DNA of 64,000 nt from a bacterium (GTDB lineage Bacteria; UBA8248), in the NCBI GenBank assembly GCA_965202625.1, contig CBDBBI010000010.1:2368001-2432000 (forward strand), given 5' to 3'. Of the stretch, positions 18,337 through 28,419 are shown in pieces (positions within the stretch are counted from its first letter, which is position 1; the number at the start of each line of letters is the position of its first letter). Position numbers and translations under genes: made by a program. Below the pieces are notes generated by a model. The model was given only the letters and a program-made list of their open reading frames with translations, did not search any database and was not told the origin of the DNA.

Positions 18337-21300
18337 ATTGTAGCTGATCGATGCCTGCCTGCAATTCACAACCACACCATCGGAGGGGCGTAAATCGTGA
18401 AATTGTAGCTGATCGATGCCTGCCTGCAATTCACAACACCCCCCTTTATAGGCGGCCTAGGGGGGCTATTGTAGCTGATCGATGCCTGCCTGCAATTCAC
18501 AACCGCGTGCCATAGAACAGCGAGAAGGTCAAATTGTAGCTGATCGATGCCTGCCTGCAATTCACAACCAAAACAGACTCCATATCTGCCTTCTTGTTAT
18601 TGTAGCTGATCGATGCCTGCCTGCAATTCACAACTTGACGGCACTCGGGTGGTGAGCGGGATCATTGTAGCTGATCGATGCCTGCCTGCAATTCACAACA
18701 AGCATTCATTGACGAATTCGCCGTCTTTAATTGTAGCTGATCGATGCCTGCCTGCAATTCACAACCCGCAAATTTGCAGGCGTTCAGGGGGACGCATTGT
18801 AGCTGATCGATGCCTGCCTGCAATTCACAACGACAAAGAAGGCGCATTGGGCGCATTCCTCATTGTAGCTGATCGATGCCTGCCTGCAATTCACAACTCC
18901 ATTGCCGTCCTTGCCCGTTTGCTTGGGATTGTAGCTGATCGATGCCTGCCTGCAATTCACAACTGCGACGCTGGCATTAACGAATATCGGGATATTGTAG
19001 CTGATCGATGCCTGCCTGCAATTCACAACCGTTCTGACCGCGAAGCCGTCCTCATATTTATTGTAGCTGATCGATGCCTGCCTGCAATTCACAACGCGTT
19101 TCGACGGGTGGTGTATCAAGCGTTCATTGTAGCTGATCGATGCCTGCCTGCAATTCACAACCCTTCCGTTTCGGACCCTCGCGTCGCCGAGATTGTAGCT
19201 GATCGATGCCTGCCTGCAATTCACAACTAGCGAATATCTCTCTCAAAATCGACTTTAATTGTAGCTGATCGATGCCTGCCTGCAATTCACAACCGGACGC
19301 ACCGGAGCGACCTCTACATAGGGATTGTAGCTGATCGATGCCTGCCTGCAATTCACAACAAGAAGTATGAGGACGGCTTCGCGGTCAGAATTGTAGCTGA
19401 TCGATGCCTGCCTGCAATTCACAACAATTCACGAGGTAGATGGCCAGAGGGGCGTATTGTAGCTGATCGATGCCTGCCTGCAATTCACAACCAACCAATG
19501 ACTGGCCCAACCGGTTTGATTATTGTAGCTGATCGATGCCTGCCTGCAATTCACAACGGAGGACTATAAATTCATCCCGCCAGGTGCATTGTAGCTGATC
19601 GATGCCTGCCTGCAATTCACAACTAGCGTCCGCAACAGAGTCAGTAGTTATTGATTGTAGCTGATCGATGCCTGCCTGCAATTCACAACCAGACCGCCAA
19701 TGGTGTCAAAAACTTTCTTATTGTAGCTGATCGATGCCTGCCTGCAATTCACAACCAGTCGAAACCAACGCCTTCGTCGACAATTATTGTAGCTGATCGA
19801 TGCCTGCCTGCAATTCACAACCATGCGCTCTGTTCATGCTGGCCATCACGAATTGTAGCTGATCGATGCCTGCCTGCAATTCACAACTCTGAGACCCACA
19901 CTCTTTTTTTCATGCGCATTGTAGCTGATCGATGCCTGCCTGCAATTCACAACTCACACTGACGCCCAGGAATTTTGTGGTGTATTGTAGCTGATCGATG
20001 CCTGCCTGCAATTCACAACCAAGAAGGAATGAGGGATGTAAATTCTTTGATTGTAGCTGATCGATGCCTGCCTGCAATTCACAACCGACAAAGAATACAT
20101 CCCGCCGCGCAAGGAATTGTAGCTGATCGATGCCTGCCTGCAATTCACAACTGCGAATACACGGGAAACCTCGTGACCTGGATTGTAGCTGATCGATGCC
20201 TGCCTGCAATTCACAACTCCAGCCCGAATATCACGCGAAGCCCCGCAATTGTAGCTGATCGATGCCTGCCTGCAATTCACAACTCGCGCGTTCGCAATCG
20301 GCTGGCGCACGGGATTGTAGCTGATCGATGCCTGCCTGCAATTCACAACGACAGCTTCTCCGCGGCTCTCAACTTTTACATTGTAGCTGATCGATGCCTG
20401 CCTGCAATTCACAACTCGCGGCGCATGCGAAGCGTGGGGCGTCGAATTGTAGCTGATCGATGCCTGCCTGCAATTCACAACCGCGGTCTCACTGGGCGCG
20501 TTTTACATTCATTGTAGCTGATCGATGCCTGCCTGCAATTCACAACTGAGACAAAGGCTGGAAAACACCTTTCGAGATTGTAGCTGATCGATGCCTGCCT
20601 GCAATTCACAACAAAAGTGGTAAGTGGTAAATTTCTGAACAAATTGTAGCTGATCGATGCCTGCCTGCAATTCACAACCTATAGGCGCAATCAACCGCTC
20701 GTCTTTCTATTGTAGCTGATCGATGCCTGCCTGCAATTCACAACAAGCCTTTCCGCCTCAACCTTAAAGCAGATATTGTAGCTGATCGATGCCTGCCTGC
20801 AATTCACAACGTCTGCTCGGAGGGCGTCGTATATTTCCCAATTGTAGCTGATCGATGCCTGCCTGCAATTCACAACACTCTTTACATAGACTTTGCATCA
20901 AGCGGGATTGTAGCTGATCGATGCCTGCCTGCAATTCACAACGATTTGTCCGTTGTCAATTTTGGCGATTAGATTGTAGCTGATCGATGCCTGCCTGCAA
21001 TTCACAACCGATGCGAAATCAAGCCGCTCGTAGGCGGAATTGTAGCTGATCGATGCCTGCCTGCAATTCACAACTGCACATGAAAAAAGAATCGCCAGGA
21101 GCAATTGTAGCTGATCGATGCCTGCCTGCAATTCACAACAACTACTCGTTTTGCGTGAATCCGGGCTTATTGTAGCTGATCGATGCCTGCCTGCAATTCA
21201 CAACAGCCTGGGGGAGCCAAGCGTGGGCAGGACTATTGTAGCTGATCGATGCCTGCCTGCAATTCACAACTGCGGTCTCACTGGGCGCGTTTTATATTCA

Positions 21301-23444
21301 TTGTAGCTGATCGATGCCTGCCTGCAATTCACAACTGCAGGCGGTCGATTTGTTTTGCGGCATAGATTGTAGCTGATCGATGCCTGCCTGCAATTCACAA
21401 CTTAGGCGTCTCCGCGGGCAAGGTCGTGGATATTGTAGCTGATCGATGCCTGCCTGCAATTCACAACTTGCGGAGGCGCAAAAGATATGGACGCAGAATT
21501 GTAGCTGATCGATGCCTGCCTGCAATTCACAACCTTGTCAGAATTGAAGGCGACAATCGAGACATTGTAGCTGATCGATGCCTGCCTGCAATTCACAACT
21601 GCTATGCGCGCGTGGGCGCTGGTGGTGATATTGTAGCTGATCGATGCCTGCCTGCAATTCACAACTAATAAGAACCATGTACGCAAGACGAGAACATTGT
21701 AGCTGATCGATGCCTGCCTGCAATTCACAACAGTCCTTGTCTGATTACCAGCGCGTTCTTGATTGTAGCTGATCGATGCCTGCCTGCAATTCACAACCAA
21801 AAAGTCGAGCAAACTCATAGCCCTTACATTGTAGCTGATCGATGCCTGCCTGCAATTCACAACAGGCGGAACTGGGAACCCTTCCGCCTCCGCATTGTAG
21901 CTGATCGATGCCTGCCTGCAATTCACAACCAACCCTCGGCTTCATCTCATGGCGCTTCTATTGTAGCTGATCGATGCCTGCCTGCAATTCACAACGGCGG
22001 TAGTCTGCTATAAAGACGTGTTTGGATTGTAGCTGATCGATGCCTGCCTGCAATTCACAACGACAGAAGAGATTTGCCACGCCTGCTGGAAATTGTAGCT
22101 GATCGATGCCTGCCTGCAATTCACAACTTTCGGACATCCCGATCAGGACAGGGCGATATTGTAGCTGATCGATGCCTGCCTGCAATTCACAACTTTCGGA
22201 CATCCCGATCAGGACAGGGCGATATTGTAGCTGATCGATGCCTGCCTGCAATTCACAACTTTCGGACATCCCGATCAGGACAGGGCGATATTGTAGCTGA
22301 TCGATGCCTGCCTGCAATTCACAACATCACCGATCTAGACAGCGCGGTCGAGTTATTGTAGCTGATCGATGCCTGCCTGCAATTCACAACAGGTCTTTAT
22401 CCCCTCGCTTCTTGGCGAGAATTGTAGCTGATCGATGCCTGCCTGCAATTCACAACCAAAAACTAAACATTGAAGGCAGCGGAAGATTGTAGCTGATCGA
22501 TGCCTGCCTGCAATTCACAACTGATCGCCCTGCAAATCATAATATGGTTCGATTGTAGCTGATCGATGCCTGCCTGCAATTCACAACGAGCGAAGCGGTG
22601 GCGAGCGATGCGGCGCGATTGTAGCTGATCGATGCCTGCCTGCAATTCACAACAGATATCCGCGGTACCCGGTGATGGTGTGCATTGTAGCTGATCGATG
22701 CCTGCCTGCAATTCACAACAGATATCCGCGGTACCCGGTGATGGTGTGCATTGTAGCTGATCGATGCCTGCCTGCAATTCACAACAGTATGGGCTGGGGA
22801 GATTCAGATATTGAAATTGTAGCTGATCGATGCCTGCCTGCAATTCACAACTGACGCTCCGCCGCCTGCACAGCAGGGGACATTGTAGCTGATCGATGCC
22901 TGCCTGCAATTCACAACCAAAGAACACAAGGGCACACACGCCATCAAATTGTAGCTGATCGATGCCTGCCTGCAATTCACAACAAATGCTTCGATGATAT
23001 CTTTCGCCGAGCATTGTAGCTGATCGATGCCTGCCTGCAATTCACAACACAGGTAATAGGACACCGAAACCTGAAAGAATTGTAGCTGATCGATGCCTGC
23101 CTGCAATTCACAACCAATAGCAAAATCAAAAAGAAACGTCCTCAATTGTAGCTGATCGATGCCTGCCTGCAATTCACAACATAACGCAGATATTCCCCAC
23201 TTCAAATTCTATTGTAGCTGATCGATGCCTGCCTGCAATTCACAACGTTTGCTGCTGAGGGTCTTGGCCAGTGCCGATTGTAGCTGATCGATGCCTGCCT
23301 GCAATTCACAACCAATAGCAAAATCAAAAAGAAACGTCCTCAATTGTAGCTGATCGATGCCTGCCTGCAATTCACAACCATGCCGCTTACGCTCGAAACG
23401 TCTATCTGATTGTAGCTGATCGATGCCTGCCTGCAATTCACAAC
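18337..23444 (-). CRISPR. CRISPR array: 78 copies of a 36-nt repeat, 77 spacers of 29-30 nt
   Basis: Plus-strand repeat ATTGTAGCTGATCGATGCCTGCCTGCAATTCACAAC; minus-strand form GTTGTGAATTGC...AGCTACAAT resembles type II-C repeats ending in a TACAAT -10 box; count by hand, orientation inferred. Confidence 0.98.
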
Positions 23445-23897
23445 TAGTTTCAACCCCGCGAGGCGCGGGGGGGGGGGGGGGCGACTCCAGAGTGAAGTCG
23501 TTTCAGGGAACGGCGTTTGTGCGCAATTCCGCCCGGCTGAGAATCCATAGGCGCCGCCGTTCAAATGCCGATGTCGCCGATAACCCAGAAAGTTTCGGCA
23601 AGATGCGGAACAGGCGAAGACGCGACGCCGCCGGGTGTGGAGAAAACCTCCATGGGGGTGGAGCAGGTGGAAAGCGGCCCAGCGGGAAACGGGTTTTCAG
23701 AACGGCGAGGAGCGCGCCGACAGCGAACCGAATCCAGAAAATTTTTTGTCCATTCCGGCGGATTCCCCCCCGCGCGCAATTCTCATCCGCAAGAAAACCG
23801 AAATTCATTCCGGCGGGTTTTGCATGAGCGCGCCCCTTTTGTCAAAATTGCTACAGTGCGAAAGAGGTATTCTCCTGCGTTCTGAAAGGAAGGGGCG

Positions 23898-24593
23898 ATG
23901 ACGCGCCGGGTGATTTTATGGGCGACTCTGGGGCTCATAGTGATGCTGGCCGCCGCGCCCGGCTATCGCTGGTTGCAGGGCTATTTTTTCCGGAATCTTC
24001 CGATTTACTTTCAGCTGACGGATTTTGCGCTGGTGGACGCATCGGACCGCGCGTTCACGAGGGAGCGCCTGCGAGGGAAGGTCTGGGTGGCGGACTTCAT
24101 CTACACGAGGTGCGTGGATACCTGTCCCCTGCAAACGGCGGAGATGCGGCGATTGCAGCGAGCGTTCTCGCACGAAGCGGATTTTCGGCAACTTTCCATC
24201 ACTGCGGACCCGAAGCACGACACGGGGACGCTTCTGGAAGAATACGCCCGAAAGTTCGGCGCGGACAGATCGCGCTGGTTCTTTCTCACGGGAAGCGAGA
24301 GAGAAATCCGAAATCTGGCGTTCAAGGGGTTCCGCCTGAGCTATGCCACCAGAGAAGCCGCGCGCGCCCCTGCGTCCATGGGCGATCGGGCTTTTCGGTT
24401 TTTTCTCGACGTCGCCCACGCCCACCACCCCGGGCACCAGGAGAAGGAAGGCGCGCCGGAATCCTTGATCTCGCACAGCTCCCGGTTCGTCCTCATCGAC
24501 AGGAACTTCCACATTCGGGGGTATTATCACAGCGACGACGCAGCCTCGCTCCAGAAATTGAGAGAAGACCTGATAATCGCCCTAAAGTCCTGA
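23898..24593 (+). CDS. SCO1/SenC family copper chaperone
   Basis: N-terminal TM; FIYTRCVDTCP (CxxxC), DPKHDT, WFFLTG, HSSRFVLID. Confidence 0.92.
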   Translation: MTRRVILWATLGLIVMLAAAPGYRWLQGYFFRNLPIYFQLTDFALVDASDRAFTRERLRGKVWVADFIYTRCVDTCPLQTAEMRRLQRAFSHEADFRQLSITADPKHDTGTLLEEYARKFGADRSRWFFLTGSEREIRNLAFKGFRLSYATREAARAPASMGDRAFRFFLDVAHAHHPGHQEKEGAPESLISHSSRFVLIDRNFHIRGYYHSDDAASLQKLREDLIIALKS

Positions 24594-25463
24594 CGTTTCG
24601 GGCGGCGGCGCGGTTTTTGCGCTCTCGAGCATCTCCGCGTAGCCGTCTCGATACGATGGATAGAGAAACCGGTATCCGGAAGTTTTGAGTCGGGCGTTTG
24701 AACATCTCTTGTTCGTCGCCGGGCGCGAGGGTGCAGGTTCGTCCCCCCCCCCGCGAGGACGCGGAACGCCCAGCCGATCCGCCAGCCAGTCCAGCACCGC
24801 GCCGTGCTCGGCCGGCTCATCGTCGACGCCGACGTATACCCTTTCCGGCGCGTTCATCTTCATAAGGTGGACGAGGGCGCCTGCGCAGTCGTCCCGGTGG
24901 ATGCGGTTCGTGAAGCGAGGGGCGCCCGCGCCGCGCTTCGCCTGACCGCCCCGGACGGCGTCGATCAAGCGCGTACGATTCGGACCGTAAATGCCGCCCA
25001 GCCGTAGGATGACGGCGGGGTAGGGACTGTGCAAGAAAATGCGCTCGCCCTCCAGCAGAATGCGGCCCGCGTAATGCGTGGGTCGCGCGGGTGATTTCTC
25101 ATCCACCCAGCCCCCGTCCGTCTGCGGATAGACGGCCGTGCTCGATGTGAAGAAAATTCTCTTGACCTTTTTCCCTTTCTCGCCAAGCGCCTGGATGAGG
25201 TTTGCGGGCCCGTCCGCATACGCCGCCTGGTAGCCGGCCTCCCCGCCGCCGCCCGAGGCGACGGTGTAGAATATGAAATCCAGGTCGTCGGGAAGAAGGG
25301 CGCCCAGGTCTCTCTGGTGGACGTCCGCCGCAATCGGCTCGATAGAGGGGGGCAGATTTTTCGGGTTTCTGCGCAGACCCCGGACGAGGTGTCCCTCAGC
25401 GCTGAGAACTGCGCCCAGCGCCGCGCCGACGTAGCCGCATCCAACGATGAGAACGTTTGCCAT
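24582..25463 (-). CDS. Atypical SDR / NAD-dependent epimerase (YeeZ-like)
   Basis: GCGYVG, SSTAVY, RLGGIYGP, NRIHRDD, NKRCSNARL. Confidence 0.88.
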   Translation of the reverse strand: MANVLIVGCGYVGAALGAVLSAEGHLVRGLRRNPKNLPPSIEPIAADVHQRDLGALLPDDLDFIFYTVASGGGGEAGYQAAYADGPANLIQALGEKGKKVKRIFFTSSTAVYPQTDGGWVDEKSPARPTHYAGRILLEGERIFLHSPYPAVILRLGGIYGPNRTRLIDAVRGGQAKRGAGAPRFTNRIHRDDCAGALVHLMKMNAPERVYVGVDDEPAEHGAVLDWLADRLGVPRPRGGGDEPAPSRPATNKRCSNARLKTSGYRFLYPSYRDGYAEMLESAKTAPPPETSGL

Positions 25464-25488
25464 GGAGGGTCTGTTTTCCTGCGAGCGC

Positions 25489-26349
25489 CTACTCCTGCGA
25501 CGCCTCGAGCGGGGGGACTCTCCCCCGAAAGATATCTCTTAAATGATGCGGCATAACGCGCAGCCCGGCATAGAACGGGCCAAACTCTCCATACCAGACG
25601 CTGGCCTCATCAAAGCGCATCTCATAGACCAGACGCTTGAACACGAGCGGGTCTTCCGAGAACAGATACACCCCCCACTCCCAGTCGTCAAAACCGATGC
25701 TGCCCGTGATGATTTGCTGGACGAGGCCAGCGTATCTTCTGCCGACGAAGCCGTGTTCGCGCATCATTTTCTGGCGCGCCTCTATCGGGAGGGCATACCA
25801 GTTTTTCTCCTCGCCCCTGTGCTTGTTCATCGGGTAGAAGCACAAATATCTCGTTTTGGGGATGTCCATGTAGAGGCGTTCTTTCATGCGTTCTCGCTGG
25901 GCGTTCATCTGCTCAGACCATTTCGACTTCCAGGCGTCACTGCCGGGCGCCAGACCCTCGTCCATGAGCCGGGAGTGGAGTTTCACGGTCATCTCATAGA
26001 GGCCGAGCTCGAGAAACGAGAGGTAGGAAGTCGTCTCGTTCAGGTATTCCATCAACGACAGCCGGCGAAGACCCAGTTCGACTTCGTTGAGGGCGTCAAG
26101 GGTGGGCCTGAAATGGAGAAAGAGGAGATCGCCCTTGTGCCCCAATACGCTGAAAAGGGCGCTCTCTCCGGATGCGGGCCGGAAGACGGCGCCGAAGTAT
26201 TCGGTCGCTTCGTTCAGAATGCGGTGTCGCTTGACGCTTTCCAGCCGGTTCCAGGCGGGCCAGTCTATCTTGAAGATATGATGCAGAATCGCCCAGCCAT
26301 CGAGCGTCTCGGGCATTTTGGTTTTGGCGTCCTGGAGGTTCGGCTTCAC
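25489..26349 (-). CDS. hemQ: Coproheme decarboxylase (ChdC/HemQ, chlorite dismutase superfamily)
   Basis: TLDGW, GHKGDL, CFYPMNK, MMREHG, QQIITGSIGFDDWEWGV, VYEMRFDE. Confidence 0.85.
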   Translation of the reverse strand: MKPNLQDAKTKMPETLDGWAILHHIFKIDWPAWNRLESVKRHRILNEATEYFGAVFRPASGESALFSVLGHKGDLLFLHFRPTLDALNEVELGLRRLSLMEYLNETTSYLSFLELGLYEMTVKLHSRLMDEGLAPGSDAWKSKWSEQMNAQRERMKERLYMDIPKTRYLCFYPMNKHRGEEKNWYALPIEARQKMMREHGFVGRRYAGLVQQIITGSIGFDDWEWGVYLFSEDPLVFKRLVYEMRFDEASVWYGEFGPFYAGLRVMPHHLRDIFRGRVPPLEASQE

Positions 26350-26460
26350 GCGCTTGCTCCTGAATAACCGGGCGCATCAGAGAGAGACCATCCGGACACA
26401 AGAGATACCTGAGAGTACCTCGCCTTGCAAACAAACCTCTTGATTTGGACGCTCTTCCCG

Positions 26461-27342
26461 CTAACGTGCAGACGATGGACGGGGCGACTGAATGGGGCGT
26501 CCCTCCGCATCCGCCTCCTGAAAGATGCGGTGGCATTGTGCGCAGAGCGTTCTTGCGGCGGCGAGGTTCTCGGCGAGTCGATCGTAATCCGGTTTTTCAA
26601 TGTTTTTCGTCATCACACTGGACAGGGCGCGCAGTTTCTCGGTGAATTCGTCATACAACTCCTGGGCGTCGCCCTCCCGGAGGTTCGATGCCCAGGGAAC
26701 GAGATATGCGAACTTTGCGGCCAGCCCTCTGATGCGCCGCTCTTTTTGCGGCGGGACGGATTTCCCGTCCAGCCCCAGAGTCAGCGTCTCTTGCCCCAGA
26801 CGCCCTAAAGTCTTTTCCATACCGCGCATGGCGTCCTTGACGGATTCGGGATCGAAGTCGAAGGAAAAGCGCGCGCGGGCGGGAGGAGGCGACAGGCCGG
26901 ATATCGTCGCCGTGATGACGTATGCCCCTTTTTCGTCCAGTTTCACGTTGGCCCCGTAAACGCCTCGTTGAGGCAATCTTTTGAGAGTAAACGTTTTTCT
27001 CCATTCGCCCTGGGCGAACGCGAGTTTTACGCCAAACTCCGGCGGGAGGGAGGCATCGTCCTCTTTTTTGACCACGCGCATTTCAAAATGATGCGTGAAC
27101 TGAGAGAGCAGCGCGTGCGTATTTTCAGGAGATTCCCGGGCGCTCTCGCCTCCGATGCGTTTTGGCGGCATGGTGTTGAGTTCTATTTTCACGTTCCCGA
27201 TTTCCTGCTGGCCGACTTTTTGCAGGACGTAGGCGATGGAGCTGGTATGGTGCGCGGGGCTGTCATATGGCGCGGCAAAGAGGATGCCCGGTATGAGCAA
27301 ACACAGCAAACGGACGGATATGTGGGGGAATTTGCGCATCAT
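26461..27342 (-). CDS. Exported protein with C-terminal CxxCH (cytochrome c'-like) and N-terminal beta domain
   Basis: Signal peptide; YGANVKL..KGAY segment; helical C-terminal half ending LCAQCHRIFQ. Confidence 0.6.
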   Translation of the reverse strand: MMRKFPHISVRLLCLLIPGILFAAPYDSPAHHTSSIAYVLQKVGQQEIGNVKIELNTMPPKRIGGESARESPENTHALLSQFTHHFEMRVVKKEDDASLPPEFGVKLAFAQGEWRKTFTLKRLPQRGVYGANVKLDEKGAYVITATISGLSPPPARARFSFDFDPESVKDAMRGMEKTLGRLGQETLTLGLDGKSVPPQKERRIRGLAAKFAYLVPWASNLREGDAQELYDEFTEKLRALSSVMTKNIEKPDYDRLAENLAAARTLCAQCHRIFQEADAEGRPIQSPRPSSAR

Positions 27343-27625
27343 CCCTTTTTCTGTGACGTCTCTGTTCGGTTTGGAGCGTTTTGCGCAGCGGTCGCCGCCT
27401 TTTTCACCATTTCACGTCCCGACGACACAATGCGTCTTGTCAGGCTTTTGCGTCAACCATGGAGGAGACTTGACTTGAAGTGCGGGATACATTATTTGAG
27501 TGCGTTGGAGACTCGTATCTGACAGGACGGATTCCGTCAGAGACATATTGCCGCTCCCGCTTTTTGAAAACGACGGAAAATTGACAACCCGATAGACAAA
27601 TGCGCTGCATTGAGGAGAAGCAGAT

Positions 27626-28363
27626 ATGATTTCCAGAATGTTTTGTTTGTGCCTGACGTTGACGGTAGGGCTGGGCGTTGCGTTTGCCGGCACTGCGGAT
27701 GCCTACAAGGAAGGCGCGGCAGGCGGCGGTTCGATTTCCGGAGTGATCGGGTTCGAGGGCGACGCTCCCAGGCGCAAAACCCTGTCTGTGAACAAGGATA
27801 AGAAAGTTTGCGCAAAAGAGCCTATCACCGACGATAGTCTGGTGGTCGAGGACGGCGGCGTGGTATGGGCCGTCGTATCCTTGAAGGACGTGAAATCCGG
27901 CAAGAAATGGGCAAAAGACCAGAAAAAAGCGGTCGTTGACCAGAAGGGGTGCGTTTATCTGCCTCGGATTACTGTAATGAAGGCGGGCACGAAACTTTTG
28001 GTAAAAAATAGCGACCGCGTACTCCACAACGTCCACACCCACCCCGGTGAAACGGGAAACCCGGTGGCCAATATCGCACAGCCAAGGTTCAAGAAAAAAC
28101 TGAGAATGTCGACCCGCTATTTCAGGAAGCCCGGCATTATCAAGGTGACGTGCGACGTGCATGACTGGATGCGGGGGTTTGTCGTCGTGGCGGAGAATCC
28201 CTACGTCAGCGTCACGGGCACAGGCGGCAAGTTCGAGATCAGGGACGTTCCGGCGGGCGACTATACGCTGGAGATCTGGCATGAGGTTTTGGGCAGAAAA
28301 TCCATGAACGTGTCGGTGAAAGACGGCTCTGCCACAGAGGTGGCGGTGACGCTGAAAAAATAG
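27626..28363 (+). CDS. Exported cupredoxin-like protein with carboxypeptidase-regulatory-like C-terminal domain
   Basis: Signal peptide; DQKGC, NSDRVLHNVH, CDVHDWM (H/C/H/M copper ligands), VPAGDYTLEIWHE. Confidence 0.8.
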   Translation: MISRMFCLCLTLTVGLGVAFAGTADAYKEGAAGGGSISGVIGFEGDAPRRKTLSVNKDKKVCAKEPITDDSLVVEDGGVVWAVVSLKDVKSGKKWAKDQKKAVVDQKGCVYLPRITVMKAGTKLLVKNSDRVLHNVHTHPGETGNPVANIAQPRFKKKLRMSTRYFRKPGIIKVTCDVHDWMRGFVVVAENPYVSVTGTGGKFEIRDVPAGDYTLEIWHEVLGRKSMNVSVKDGSATEVAVTLKK

Positions 28364-28378
28364 CCGCGAACCAAAACG

Positions 28379-28419
28379 AAAACAGGCGGCGGTTGCAACA
28401 AGCAGCCGTCGCCTGTTTT
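28379..28419. terminator. Bidirectional terminator between convergent genes
   Basis: AAACAGGCGGCGGTTGC-loop-GCAGCCGTCGCCTGTTT inverted repeat with A and T tracts. Confidence 0.75.

Noticed and set aside
18337-23444. Self-targeting spacers
   Set aside because: None noticed within this window by eye; not exhaustive and the rest of the genome is unseen
23467-23481. G15 tract as a phase-variation switch
   Set aside because: Not in a supported ORF or promoter spacer; may be a sequencing artefact
18366-23564. Many ORFs with IVADRCLPAIHN / VVNCRQASISYN / CELQAGIDQLQ repeats
   Set aside because: Translations of the 66-nt CRISPR unit, not proteins
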